A DNA stretch of 64,000 bases from Azolla caroliniana (GCA_043228905.1 JBHGNT010000014.1:17608001-17672000); one strand, 5' to 3'; counted from the first letter of the stretch, positions 35,155 through 48,847 are shown. Notes: generated from the letters alone by a model not told the origin. Made by a program: numbers and translations.

Positions 35155-37149
35155 TCCTTTTTCACATGGGTATGATTTGTTTACGTTGGTCCCTCACACG
35201 ATGAGATTTTTTATTACTTTTTTGTTGTTATTATGTACATAATTATTGTTATACATGAGTCATTATTCCTATGTGCAGTTTTGACACATGGAGGCATCCA
35301 AAAAATAAAAGTAAATAGGATCAATTCCTCCCACCCTTGGTTCAATATCAATGACCAATAATGGGTTTGGCATACCTAAAATCACCTGTTAGAGTAGTTA
35401 GTTCAATGACGATTTGTCAAATTTCTTTTGGCTCCTTGAATTTTTTTGAACCAAATTTCAAAATAAGAAACGTTGAAATTTATTTGAAAATATAACACAT
35501 TGATATATGAGTCCAAGATACTTCTTAGAGGAACACTGAAGTGAATGCTAGGTAGAAACACAAATATGTGTCACTACGATATTCCAAAATGTGAGGATGG
35601 AACATAGGTGTAATTAATTTTTTTAAATGGAACTATGGTGTGAAAGATGTTGAGCAAGGGAAGGTGATTTTAATGGCATTGAGTATGTAAGACTTTAGTA
35701 TATGTATACATGTAGAATTTATTGGTAAGTCAAGTGTATTTTGGACAAGTCCACATAATGGCTTAAGTTCCCAAGAGGGCTCCTATTTTGAGAGAACCTT
35801 AGTGTGGATAAGCTCACATGATGGTTTGCTTAAGTTGGGTTCACAATGGTTGGGCACTTCTTGACACCCAATGGGATGGTTCCAAATGTGGGTTTTGATC
35901 TTGTCACTTGAGAAACTTTAACGGTGAGTTTGATTTATTGTTTTCACCAAACATTGTGTTCTTTTTGCTAGTCATAAAACTCGAACAACAAAAGTTTTGA
36001 ATGAAGAAGTGAGCGGTGGGTGAATTGTTGATTCCCTCAAGCTTACATGGAAAGAGTGACTCCATAAGTTCCACGAGAACACAAGTATGTTCTTCAAGAC
36101 AAGAGCCTCATTGAGCACTTTACCCATGTTAGACCGTTGCAAACAACCAATAGTGCATTAGGCCTATACGAGAGTATGTCTCAATCGAAAGAACCTTCCC
36201 AATACATCTTCCATGTTGGGCCAATGGAATTAACTCACCGGTGGCTGAGGAAAATTCTCTTTCCCTTTTCACCTTAGTGCTTCTTTCCTAAAAGAAGATC
36301 ACGTTGGATATTTAAAAAAAAACTATGAATAAAAGAAGATTCAAGGAGAATTGTGGTTATAGATAATGTAGAGCTACAACAAGTTTGGAATTACGATTCT
36401 TATTATCTGGACTTCATAATTTGGAAAGCCCTTTTACATAAAGTGAGAATATTAAAACGAAGTCAAAAATAAGATGAAAAGAATGTTGGGGAGATATCCT
36501 TTAGTTTCAACATGGTGAGTCTAACGATAGAGGGTCACGATTCTTTGATCATCGTAGGCCTCCCACATGCTCTCGTGCTTTGGTGCACCATGGTTCGGTT
36601 CCTCATTGAAGCTTGGGTGTTCGAATCTCCAAACTAGTGAACCCAACAACAAGCTATCTTGCTCATTTTATAGCATTTTAGAGCTCTCTAGACAAATGAA
36701 AATGGTATTCTTTATTTTAGCATGCATCATTGCTTTTCCTTTTGAACATGCACTTGATCATATCCTTGCATGATGTCGTGATGTGGTAGGAACAAAAAGG
36801 GAAAAACAATAAGATGTCAAGTTTCATATGAGATTGAGATGTAGTTCTAAGTGAACTTTGAGAAGGTAAGGAGGAAATCGATACAACAATCAAAACATAG
36901 CTTAAGTGGTAAGGATTGAGCATTGGAATTAACAATTGGGACAAGGGCAAACCCCTCTCCCCTTTGTTCAACCAATTTTGCATACAAGGTGGTCACGCTA
37001 GTAGAATTCATGATGCTTTTGCTAATGGTGGAGAAATATGAGAGGTGGAAAGAAACCTACTTCCATGCCTTGTTGATAGAGAAATCTCATCATAAAGTAT
37101 GGCATGACAAAAAAAATCATGAATAGATGTAGAAGAAGGGTGTATGACA

Positions 37150-40100
37150 CTTATGTTCTCATCCAAATGACACGAGAAAAAACTAAAGCTTTGTGACAAA
37201 AGGCCTTACATTGTCACTCACATCACAACGATAAGAACTTGCATTGTAACTCATTTCACAAAGGTAGGAACTTGCAAGCTAAAGAACCTAGGCAATGAAG
37301 GCATGTGAGATTTCATAAATGGAATAAAACCAGGGGTACCCTCGTCAAACCTTGCTTTCTCTTCGACAAGCTAAAATGTAGGAAGTGTTGCATGAAGTGG
37401 TAAACGAATGGCAAGGTTAGAGACAAACCTATGAAATGCACACTCATAGCTCACAACAAAGGGAAACAAAAAATAACATTATCAAGTCAACATGTAACTT
37501 AGAAGGGAGTGGACTCATATCCCTCTCTATCAAATTAACGAGATGAAAATAGTGGTTCTAATAGAAATTAGAGCAATGATGAAGATGTTGTCCTTTGGTG
37601 TGTGGGTCAAATGAAATTTCTTGCACCTCAACATTGTGATGATGAAGAAAAAACTTTGAAGGCAACACAATATATTGTTTAGGAGTGTTTTGTGTTGAGT
37701 AAAAAGTATGAGGCGTCGAACCCAAAGTTCACTTGAGGATAACACTACCACCTGGTATAATAAAAGGATCATGTATCCTAGGTCAACGTTAATGCTCTGA
37801 GGGCAAACATGTGATACGAGCATTGAGCAGACATAATATATATTCCAACATTTTGGTGCCTCCAATATATAAAGCACCAACAAGCCCTCCATAGGCAATA
37901 CATAAGAATAACCAAAGCACAAGCAATCTCGAGAACATGACCCTAGTCTTGAACTAGAGGAGGTATGCAAAAAAAGATAGGGCTCTAGACATTAGGCCAA
38001 ACAAATCCATCCATATGCCCAACATGTTGGTAGATAGAACTAAACAAATGAACAAAAGTAAGTGGGCTAATGCACATGAGGTCATAGCCTAAGTAGAAGA
38101 AAAAGACACTAAAGCAACTTGGGGTATTAGACAATATGTCATGGTGGCCCAAGTTTTAGCATGTAGGTGCAACCCAATTTTGGTTGCCTAAAGAAAGTAA
38201 GGTCCATATTGTAACTAAAAATCAGCTAAGAGACTGAGAACAACTATTCATCAACAAGGATAACAACATTCTACTCCCAAAGACCACTTCCTATGAACTT
38301 CATCAAGCCAAAAAGCCTTATGGCAAATCTTGAAAAGTTTCACAAAGCCTCAAGGGGGGGGGGGGGGCATGAGAATCCATAAATTTTGGCTCCTTATGGC
38401 ATCTCAATTACCAACCCAACCATTGATTGGACACTTAAACACATGATGACAACAGAGATTTATGCAAGTTTCCTTACAAAGTTTCATATGAGATTAGGCA
38501 ACATCAAGAAGAGAGGATTGAACACATTATTTTCTCTAGAAAGATGCATACTACTTTCTCGGCAAAGATCAAGGACAAGGCAACAAGCATCAAGGACCAG
38601 ACAATGACTATAAGGGCAAACGAGTATCAAGGTTTGAGCTTTACATAATAACGAGAAGAGCACGGAGAGCAACAATGATAAGATGGGGAGAGAATAATGT
38701 GGTGAGAAAAGGCAAAAGCAATTAGAAGATTGAGGACAAAAACAAATGAATGCATATATGTATGTAATATATGAATGTAGGTTGGCAAAAACCCTAAACC
38801 CTCTAAAAATTTATTAAGACCCTTTTTTGTAAACTCATGTGAGATATTATATGAGTTTGGGCAGTGGGGCCCTAATATTATAAATTCTTATTTCTTCATC
38901 CAATGGGTTTCCAAAAGTAATAAACAAAACTCCAAAAATTCCTAACAACCAAATAATTCCTTATATCGAATCTCCATTGTTGATGGTTTTCCTTATCCAA
39001 CTTTTCTACCTTAGATGACATCTCTGCCATAGTTTCTTGTCTTTGACTTCCAACTCCTTTGTCAAGCTTTCCAATAACTCCAAGTTTATTGGATGCCAAA
39101 ATGTGAGGAATTTTTCTCTCTTATGTGGTTGGATACCATGATAAGCCCACCAAGACCAAAGCAAAAACATATTTATATGAGGATGAGTGACTAAAGTAAT
39201 TAAATTATATAAAAATCAAGGTAACTATACAAGTATTTCATTTCCAACAAGAGGAGAAATTCCCGAATCTTTTATTGACAACTTTCATATATGTAGTGGC
39301 TTGGCTTCCCTTGTGCTTGCCAAGTGACCATACAAGAACTAAACCACCACTTGAATGTGTATGTGACCTTTTCTTCTTATAAATTTCTTGACAAGCACAA
39401 TTCCTTGTGTCTCCAATAACCATTTTCTAGCTTGTCTAACTGTTTCCTCCATGTATTTATTAGTGCATGTCCAGCCTTGATTTCCTTGTTAATTTTTTTC
39501 ATGTCTTTGATCTATTCACATTTCATTATCCGTTTCCTTATATATATATATGGCCTTTTCAATTCATGTTCAACTCTAATGAGCAACGTAAATGACCCAT
39601 CACTTAAAAAAGCAAACTTGAGCTTGTATCTCCAAGATACTCCACAACGCATACACAACCCATTAAACAACCCTTGAGTGCCAAGGATAACGTCTTGTAC
39701 ATGTTATCCTTAGGAATGCTCTCTCATTAATCCACTCATTTGATGGCTCATTTGATGCTCCACCAATAGTTGCCATGAGCAATCCTCCTCATTGACATAT
39801 ACACTATGATTTTATCATCTATCTAAACCATAGGGTTAAATAGACTCTTATATTATGGTCATAGACTTCTTTTTACCAATAATTTGATACCTTACTATGA
39901 TGAGTGAATAATCATTTAGCCTCTTCATTGATTTTCTATTTAATTGAGGCCTTATAGCACAATCTTAATAATACACTCTTGATCAATTCCACGCGTGAGC
40001 TTTTACTTTCCCACATCGATGCAAAACAATATTTTGCACCAAGATGTCACTATTGTATAATTCACAATCACTTTTGACATTTCAAAGTCATCATTTGTTT

Positions 40101-40450
40101 AAAGTCTAAGTCCTAGACCATCCTTATGTGTTGGAAGAACATGGCGATCTTTCTTCAATTTCCTTGTGTATGCTTGCATTAAACATTCATCATAAGATCC
40201 AACATATAAACTTGTTGGAATTTAATATATTATTGATAGTGTAGAGTAGCCAAATATTTGATGGAGTTCACACAAAAGGATTTCATCATGTGTATATGTC
40301 TACCTCAATTCATATAAAATTATTGTATCGAAATGGGGTTTCTAAATACTGGCATTTAGAATAATAATTACCCTTTGAAGCAAAAAAAATATGCAAATTT
40401 AAAATACATGTAGAGATACATAAATTAGTATTACATTGAAACTTTTAGCT
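37150..40450. mobile_element. Highly decayed Copia debris between the two ACD genes
   Basis: Minus-strand gag start MAEMSSKVEKLDKENHQQWRFDIRNYL (38896-39030) with PBS-like TGGTATC at ~39139; faint RT/RNase H-like remnants nearby. Boundaries uncertain. Confidence 0.5.
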
Positions 40451-40732
40451 TCGACTATTGTTTGATAACATGAAAGCCCAAGGCATTTCCTTTAATCGAA
40501 AACTCCATAATTGGAGTGACTCTCTTGTTCAGTAGATACGGTGACTCCCTTTGCGAGAGCTTGTGATAAGTACCAAAAGTTGAGTAAATTGCACTAGGAA
40601 TTGAATGAAGCAAACAAGGTTTTTTCTCTATTATGTTGGTCACTTTCCAAAACCATTACTAGGGTCCAACCAAAATATGATTTGCCAATATGCTTTATTA
40701 ATGCAATTAAATATATGATCATCTCAACATGA

Positions 40733-41019
40733 AAAACATGGCAATAGTTTGAGTCAAACCATTTTGCAATAGAAACTTTGAGTATGGATCCTTTGATATT
40801 ATTTGAAACTTTTACTTTAATATAAGTGGAAATAAAATATTTCAAACTAGAGTTATTCACATTATTCCTTAAAATAAAACATGGCATTAGTTTGACTCAA
40901 ACATTATCACGATAGAAACTTCAAGTATGGATCCTTTAATATTATTTGAAACTTTTACTTTAATATACGTGGAAATAAAAGATTTCAAACTAGATTTATT
41001 CACATTATTCCTTGAAATA
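40733..41019. repeat. ~143-bp tandem duplication upstream of ACD gene 2
   Basis: AAAACATGGCA.TAGTTTGA.TCAAAC...TTATTCACATTATTCCTT.AAATAA present twice, head to tail. Confidence 0.88.
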
Positions 41020-41196
41020 AGACAAATTGGTTAATTGGTCTCACTTTCTTCCCATTATCGACACCCGAAGATGGAAGTAGGAAACAATGAAAATCATAAC
41101 AGTGAAACATAACAATAATTTGGATGCTCATATCATCAATAATAGTTTTGTGGAGGGGTCCAAAACGAAAAGAAACATAATGAGTGTGAACAAAAA

Positions 41197-41203
41197 TATA
41201 AAT
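41197..41203 (+). promoter_or_regulatory. TATA box of ACD gene 2
   Basis: TATAAAT about 60 nt before the ATG, context conserved with the paralog. Confidence 0.6.
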
Positions 41204-41263
41204 TGGCTGTCCTAGATGTTTACAAATGAGTTTGTTTTTTTAGTGGGGTAGTGAGATTATAAC

Positions 41264-42393
41264 ATGGCACACAAACATCACAACTTCATTCTTAACAATC
41301 GAAATGCTCCCTTAGTGGATGTCATAGAGACTACTGACAACATTATTTTCACGGCAAACCTTCGAGGTAATGAACAAAATGTACCATATACTGAAAGATT
41401 TATATGTTAAGGAAAGTAGTCGTATCCATATCATTCAATCATTTTGACTTTTTAGTAATATAAAGGAGATTATCCAACAATTTTCGCATGCTTTCCAAAT
41501 TGACACAAGGGTAGGTAACATTGTTAAGATATATATTTTGTTGTTTCTTTTCGAACACCAAAGTATCACAGCTTGTGAGAGATGATTTTACCTATGATGC
41601 ACGGACTTCCTCATCAAGTGGGTGGATCTCACATGCCCATAGATTATATAATTCATATTCTCTTTGATGCGTGATAAGCATTAGGTAGAAAAGAGGAGAC
41701 TCTTCCATTTTGCACACACTTTGTCCTAAATAAGTTCGTGAGTCTTAATAATCAATTTGAGCTTGGTTTCTTCGCATTTCAACCCTAAAATACTCCTATT
41801 TTAGAGAAATTCTCAATAATGGTTTTCATAGAAAAGTTGTTGGTCATCAATAGTCACTTATCAACTTCACACACAACATGAAAATGTTTTACTCTGGTTG
41901 CAAAAGTCATCTTTGACCTCCAAAGACAATAATGAAATATGCTTGTGTATTTATTTTTCTATATATATGGATATATTTATGTATTTACAACTGAAAGGTA
42001 CATATTGGAGTATGAACTACAAATCTAATTAATCTCAATAATTGTTTGAGATGTATTTGTATTTTCGATAGTGTATGGCAAAAGACTAGTAATTTATTAT
42101 TCTTAAAGTTTTCATATAGCAAACATGTATAGTTTTCGCCAAGTGTTTTCATCAATCTAACTACTTGTTTGGATTCAGGTGTTGGAGATTACAATGATAT
42201 AGCGTTGCAATTGCAAGATCATACATTAGTGCTCATAGGGAAACATCCTGAAAATAGGTTCACCCATGTATTCCAAATACCTAGTCATTCAAACCCAAAC
42301 AAAGCTAAGGCTACATGGACCCAGGGAATTCTTACCGTCAAGGTCCCTCGCATGAAGAATAATATACCCTTGCTCTATAGCAAATATTACTAG
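41264..42393 (+). CDS. Minimal alpha-crystallin-domain (HSP20-like) protein, 105 aa; exons 41264-41366 and 42179-42393
   Basis: GT-AG phase-1 intron; MAHKHHNFILNNRNAPLVDVIETTDNIIFTANLRG-VGDYNDIALQLQDHTLVLIGK...FTHVFQIP...AKATWTQGILTVKVPR; 103-nt exon 1 as in the paralog. Confidence 0.85.
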
Positions 42394-43818
42394 TTATTCC
42401 TATACTTCTTTTTAATGCATAACTCCATAAGAAGTTGGTGTAAACATATATGTGCATATGAAGAAGCTTTGCTCATATATTTGTAAAAATATTGTATAAA
42501 GAATGTGTCATAATGAAACAATTTTATAAATGAAACCAAGTTTGAATTGTGCTCAAATTTATGAGAAAAAACATTATATCATATTTTGCTAAGGGATTGA
42601 ATGTTCAAAGAAAAATCAAGTAGGAATTACAATGCATCTATAATGTGAGAACTATGTAGTTGCAAGGAGAGCTTTTGAGTTAATTTTTATATTAGGAGAA
42701 ACTAGTCTCTCATTGGAAGGGAAGAGCTTAGAACTATTGGATGATTTTGGATGCCGAAGTTTAATCACTCCACTGGTAGCACATGAGTGTGCATCCCAAC
42801 CAATCCTAAACTCTTACTTTTACTTATTAGACAATGTATTCAAAACATCTAGGCATAAATTACTGTTGAGAATCAAGCTCAACATAGTGCAACATGTGAA
42901 CACACCTTTTGAGAATCTATGATGACTCAAAGGTCAAGAGTCACACCACTACTCTCTACACATTAACTATGTGTCATAAAATCATATTCTATGACATATA
43001 ACTAATGAGTTTTATGTTCCCCATGACTAATGTCTACATTCCCCAAGAGAGTGGTTGTTGTAGTTAGTTAATGAAGAGAGAGGGTGGCTATATAAAGCAC
43101 CCGCCTCCTACTTTATATTAAGTCGGTTGTGACTCCTTGTAATGCTACATTTTTGTATTTCATATTCTCCTTGTGAATATACATCTTCTTCTTCTTGAGT
43201 ATTTTATTTGCATTCTATCTAATCTACCTTGTGTTTTTCTCTTCTCTCATCTCTTTTCTCTCACACATACACACATAACACACATCTCTTCCGCTACACA
43301 AGAATCATATCCGAATCTTTACAATTACCAATTATACTTTCTTTATAGTTACCTAACATATTCATACCTTTGGGTCTTGATCTTCTCTTTTGTGAATATT
43401 TGTAGCATTCAATGCTTGATAAATAGCTTAGTATGTCGGTAGTTTCATCTCCAATAGTATGAATAGTCTTTTTGCATTGGAATCTAATTTTAATCTTCTC
43501 CACCAACTTTAGGAGCTTCTCATAGTGGATAAAATTCCCTCACTCGTAATTTGTGCTTGTTGGCATCATGAACATTTAAAATCAAAATTTCACTCTTTAC
43601 TCTTAGCCTAGTATTGGTGAGATCATCATTGTATCATTGTGAATAAAGATTAAGCTATTTGATTTGGAAATGTTGTTTTTCTCTTGGGGAACAATACAAA
43701 ACCTTCAACTTGAATAATCGCATCTATGTTATCTTCATTTCTTCCAAGGCTCACTCTTCCTAGTGGAAATTTGAGTGTGACAGTCACATTATCATGCTTA
43801 GCTGACAAATCATCATAT

Positions 43819-44977
43819 TGTGGTGTCCCTTTCATGCAAGAGCATGCATTTGAACACACCACTCTTTTAGCCACTCCCGTTTAGCACATCACCCATTTTA
43901 GCCCACCCTTTTAGCACACCATTTTGGGACACGTGTAGCTAGGCCAACCCAAATGGGTTTCGTTGTATCTTCTATATATTGAATGATAAGTATGAAGCTA
44001 GCTAGACTGGTTTTGATCTCTTATGTGCATTTCACATATTGGTGGAGATGAGGGGTCCTAGTCCCCCACATCCAAGCATCCGCCTCTTCCGCTTCGTAGG
44101 TAGCATCGCCCTCACCACCATCACTGACACTCTTGTTAGTCTCTTGTAGTAGTATCTCTTCTATTAGCACCGCCTTAGTTCACTAGTTAGGCCTCCCAAT
44201 ATCCACCGCTTCATCATCAACATCACTTCATTGTCTCTATTTTTTAGTTTCTTTCGTGTTCGTGTTCGTGTTCCCGGTGAGGGCCGCATGGTCGCTCATG
44301 CCCGTTGGTGTTCGAGTTCCCGATGAGGGCCACACATGGCTGCTCACTCCCGTTGGTGTTCGTGTTCTAGTTCCTGGTGAGGGCCACATGGTCGCTCACT
44401 CCCGTTTGTGTTCCAGTCTCCGGTGAGGACCGCACATGGCCGCTCACTCCAACTATTGTTCGTGTTCCAGATCCCAGTGAGGACCGACATGGTCGCTCAT
44501 GCTCGTTGTTGTTCGTGTTCCAGATCCCGGTGAGGACCGACATGGTCGCTCATGCCCGTTGTTGTTCGTGTTCCAGTTCCCGGTGAGGGCCACATGGTCA
44601 CTCACTCGTTCGTGTTCCAATTCTCGGTGAGGACAACATGGTTGCTCACGCCCGTTGGTGTTCGTGTTCCAACTCTCAACGAAGACCGTTCCAGTTCCCG
44701 GCAAGGTCCACACATGGTCACTCATGCCCCTCAATCTCTTGTTTTTTTGAGGGGGGGAATGTGGTGTCCCTTTCATGCAAGAGCATGCATTTGAACACAC
44801 CACTCTTTTAGTCACTCCCGTTTAGCACATCACCCATTTTAGCCCACCCTTTTAGCACACCATTTTGGAACACGTGTAGCTAGGCCGTCCCAAAATGGGT
44901 TCTTTGTATCTTCTATATATTGAATGATAAGTATGAAGCTAGCTAGATTGGTTTTGATCTCTTATGTGCATTTCACA
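43819..44977 (+). mobile_element. Non-coding miniature LTR retroelement (TRIM-like), 1159 bp
   Basis: 218-bp near-identical TG...CA LTRs (43819-44036, 44760-44977), PBS TGGTGGAGATG (44040-44050), PPT GAGGGGGGGAA (44749-44759), 4-bp flanking repeat ATAT. Confidence 0.92.
44270..44730 (+). repeat. Minisatellite of about 9 units of 44-55 bp inside the TRIM
   Basis: Consensus approx. CCGGTGAGG(G/A)CC(A/G)CATGGTCGCTCA(T/C)GCCCGTTG(G/T)TGTTCGTGTTCCAG(A/T)T. Confidence 0.9.
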
Positions 44978-46073
44978 ATATTTCTTGTGAATTACCTAAT
45001 GATTTGTTGTGAATTAGTGTGTTCACAAGAGGAATTGTGACGAACTCCACGTTTATGGAAGGTTAAAGGTTAGGTTGAAGGCATGACTAGAAGCACAGTT
45101 GTAACTTTTGGGGATGAGACTTAAACTTACAAAAAGATATAAGTCAATTGGCAAGAGCTTACACTCAAAATGATAATGTCAAAGGGTTCAAATTTTAATC
45201 TTGTTCGACGGGGATATGTGGGCTTCAATGGGTCGATGGAGGTAGTGTGAATGGATGGACGTGAAGAATGACATTTTGCTCATATTGAGCACCTTGGGAA
45301 GATAAGGATAGGCTCATTCAAAAGGGAAAAACATTGTCTCGATGTGGGAAGCACATAGGAGGAAATTTGAACTACAAATATTAAAAAGGTTGAATGATAA
45401 AGCTAAGGTGTGATGAGAAACACATTTTGCGACTTATTATTATTATTATTTGAGAGGGAGTGTGCCATGTGCTAAAAATAGAAAACACCTACTTTTTCAT
45501 TTGGGAAGGAAGCCTCTTTCATCATATAAAAGGGTGAAGAGAACTCATATTTGGGGGAAAAAGAGAGAGAGAGACGCGGAAGCTCCACTAGATTAAGAAG
45601 CGAAGAAGCTAGGGTAGTCGCGAATCAAAGGGGCGTGTAAGACCAACATCGACAAGAGATGACGTGGTCGTCGATTGCTGGAACGTTGCACTGAAACTTG
45701 AGGATCTCCCCCTTAAGCTTCACTCATGAACAAATCTTCTCCAATTATTCTTTTCTTCTTCTTCATCATCTTCTTCTCCACAACATACTTGTTGTCTTAG
45801 GGTTTTATTCACTTATTCTTCGTGAAATTTAGGCTGGTTCTTAGTTTATGATCTATTTCTGAAAAATTACTATTGTTGTAATCGTTTACTGTAAAATCTT
45901 GTAATCCCTACTTTATAACGAGAGTTTCTTCCTTAATTCAATGTTTTAAACCTATAAAGTGGATAATCTAGATTTAATATTGTAGAATCCATTTGTAATC
46001 TTATGTTCTTTAGGCTAATTTTATGATTTGTTCATAATCTCATGCATAATTCGTTGTTCGGGTTGTTGCTACC

Positions 46074-46350
46074 TTCAACTTGTCGCGCATTCGACTATAA
46101 CTTACCTTCGACTCTAGATTACATTCAACTTTGACTTGCATTCGAATGTAACTTACATTCGATTGCGACTAATCTTCAACTCTAGGTTACATTCGATTGT
46201 GACAAATCTTCAACTCTGAGTTACATTCGACTCTGAGCTACCCTCGACTCTGCATTACCTTGGACTCTATAGAGCCTTTGACTATGATGACAATTCGTCT
46301 CATAGGATCTTTCGACTCTTATGATCATTTGACTCCGCCAAGCCTTCAAG
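46074..46350. repeat. Strictly phased 17-bp repeat array (17 units, core TTCGAC)
   Basis: Core starts at 46074, 46090, 46107, 46124, 46141, 46158, 46175, 46192, 46209, 46226, 46243, 46260, 46277, 46294, 46311, 46328 and 46345. Confidence 0.85.
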
Positions 46351-48847
46351 TCCTTATGGTTCCCCTCAAGTAGTACATGTATGCGCATAACTTTTTGACA
46401 ACGTGGTGCATGGTAAAAGAGGAGATTACTATTTTATTTACAAGAGTACCTTCAGGAAGCTATAAAAGGGACAAGAGGGCTCATTGTTTGGGAAGAAGTA
46501 GATTTTGCATAAGGTAGAAGCATTGTTGAAATTTTGTTTGAGCTTGGGATAGCGAATCAAGAATGTATGTAAGAATAACGACAAGAGGAGACATGATTGT
46601 TGTTTGTTGGGATGTTGCACAGAAATTCCAAGATTTCCTACTGAAGCTTTCCTATTTAATCTAATAATACTTCTACCTTACCTATTGTTGTTCTAGCCAT
46701 TCCATGTAACAGAGTTTGAGATTTCATCTCGTTTATATCTTATTCCATCTTGTAAACTTTTGATGCAAAATGAAATTTTAATATTTATTAAGATTAAATC
46801 TAGAAATCTTGAACCCTCATATGATTTGTAATTGTTCAAGGGTTGTGACGGATTTTCTGGCTTTGGAATCTGAGCAAGATTCGTGAATTTCTTCAATCCA
46901 ACGAGAAATAGGTCCCCGAGCTTCGTACCTAAGCACCTGCAACGCCAAAATAAAGAGGTCTATGTGATATTGTGATGAAATTTTTGGAACGTAAATTCGA
47001 GGTCTGAGCGAAAAGTTACATCAAATCACGAGATTCAAACCTGCCACATCAACCGAGGCCAACGACATATACTAAACACATATACACCGACAACCATTAA
47101 AGTCGGACACTAATATACTCTAATGGTTGCATGTATATATACTCAAAACACATCTATACATACAACCATTAAAGTTTACGTTTAGTCAACCAGATGACAT
47201 CAGACTCAAATGGGATACTTTTGTAATTTCTTGGAAATAATTCCATGACTCCAAGAATTGCAAAATTCCCAAGGTTAACACTTGGTCAATTCTTGGGGAG
47301 TCAATTCCCTGAATCAACTCCATCTCTTAAAGGGGGTTCCACTCCACAACAAAAGGAAAGGTTCACATGCACTCCTTGTGCGCTCATAAAAAGATGCACA
47401 CCCTCTCTCCTAGAGGCGCACGCCCCATCTCAAAGGCATGTCCCCTCTAGATTCATGCTCCCTAACTTAGAAGCTCGCGCCCCCTCTTAAGCAAGCACCC
47501 CCCTAGATATGCGCATGCCTTCATCTAGGCACATTTGTCGTTGCCATCAATTATCATGTGTAGGATCTATGTATTGACAAAGTTAAACCCTCCTTGATGT
47601 CGTTTGCGGAGATCGAACTGGCGTATACCCTTTTGATGGCGAATCGGGCACACTCACTTAATGATTAATTAATAATTAAGCACGATAGCTCTTTCACTCT
47701 CTCAAGCTCGCTCTCATAGACAATAAGAGTAATGAATATGTTTATTAACCCTCTTTGCTAAGAGGTCTAGCACGGAAGAGAGATTAGTGCTCTCTAACTA
47801 AACACTTCACTAATCTCTCTTAAGCTTAAGGGATACAAGAAGGAGGAGAGGAAGCTCTAGGTTTTAATCAATAGGGAGACCTTTACAAATGGAATAACCC
47901 TTACAAAGCCACCACAATGTGGTTTATATAGTATTTACTTTTAGGGTATGACTCTTTCACACTTGGTTGTCCATTAGCTCATTTTCCTCTTGCCATTTCC
48001 TCGTCATAGTTCCTTTAGCCGTACTACGTCCTTGTTGATGCGCTCTTCTTCATGACCGATTGTAGTGCAATCCAAACGCTTAACATGTCATCATTAATCC
48101 GTGACTCATGTTTCACAAGCACACCCGTATTTCACAACAACTTTGAGCATGCGATAAGTAAGTGATATGCATCCTCCATTGGATTTTCATTGAATACCTT
48201 GCATATCTTCATATTGGAGTGATGATGCTATGATGCTACATTAACATCTAACTTGCATGCATAAGTTCATAGAAGTGTTAGGGCTCTTTGAGAGGCAAGG
48301 CTCGTAGGGGTAGTGAGATGTGATTGTATATGTTATGCTAATTTGTCTTTGTATTGGGGCCTATATTGGGGATTAATATTTGCAATGTAATATTCCAATT
48401 TCAACATCTTATCATATTGCCAATTTATCCTTAGTCCCTCAAGTAGTATATTGTCAATGATCACATACTTCATTCAAGGCATCATCTGAGAGCTCCAATA
48501 TATCTTCTACTCCCATCTCTTAAACCATTTCACAATGTCGAGCACCCAACCATACGAGATTATTTTGCTCTTATAAGTTTTTTTGTACTTTGCATCCTAT
48601 GTTCCAGTCTTGTTTGGGCCTTCTCTGATTAGGCAATGTTCTTGACTTTTGTGATATACTTGCATACTCTTTGCATGGATTTGTTCTTGAGGATATCATA
48701 GTATATAGGAGTATTAAAATAAGCTCATATTTCATGAGTTTTGGGCTTTCCAATTCTTTTGCTTTTGCAGCTTTGTTTAGTATTTCTTCAAGTTAATCGA
48801 TGCATCGACAAGGAGTGTAGGAGAGAGTGGCCACCCTTGCTTGCAAT

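Noticed and set aside
42660-43300. Possible solo LTR ending CCGCTACA (similar LTR-like tracts at ~45400-45950 and ~47600-48150)
   Set aside because: TATA and CT-rich features are suggestive, but no matching second LTR, TSD or PBS could be fixed by eye.
43819-44036. Retrozyme interpretation of the small LTR element (4-bp TSD, non-coding)
   Set aside because: No CTGANGA/GAAA hammerhead core seen on either strand of the LTR.
44270-46350. CRISPR-like reading of the 50-bp and 17-bp arrays
   Set aside because: Eukaryotic TE context, no cas genes, units lack identical repeats with unique 25-45-nt spacers.
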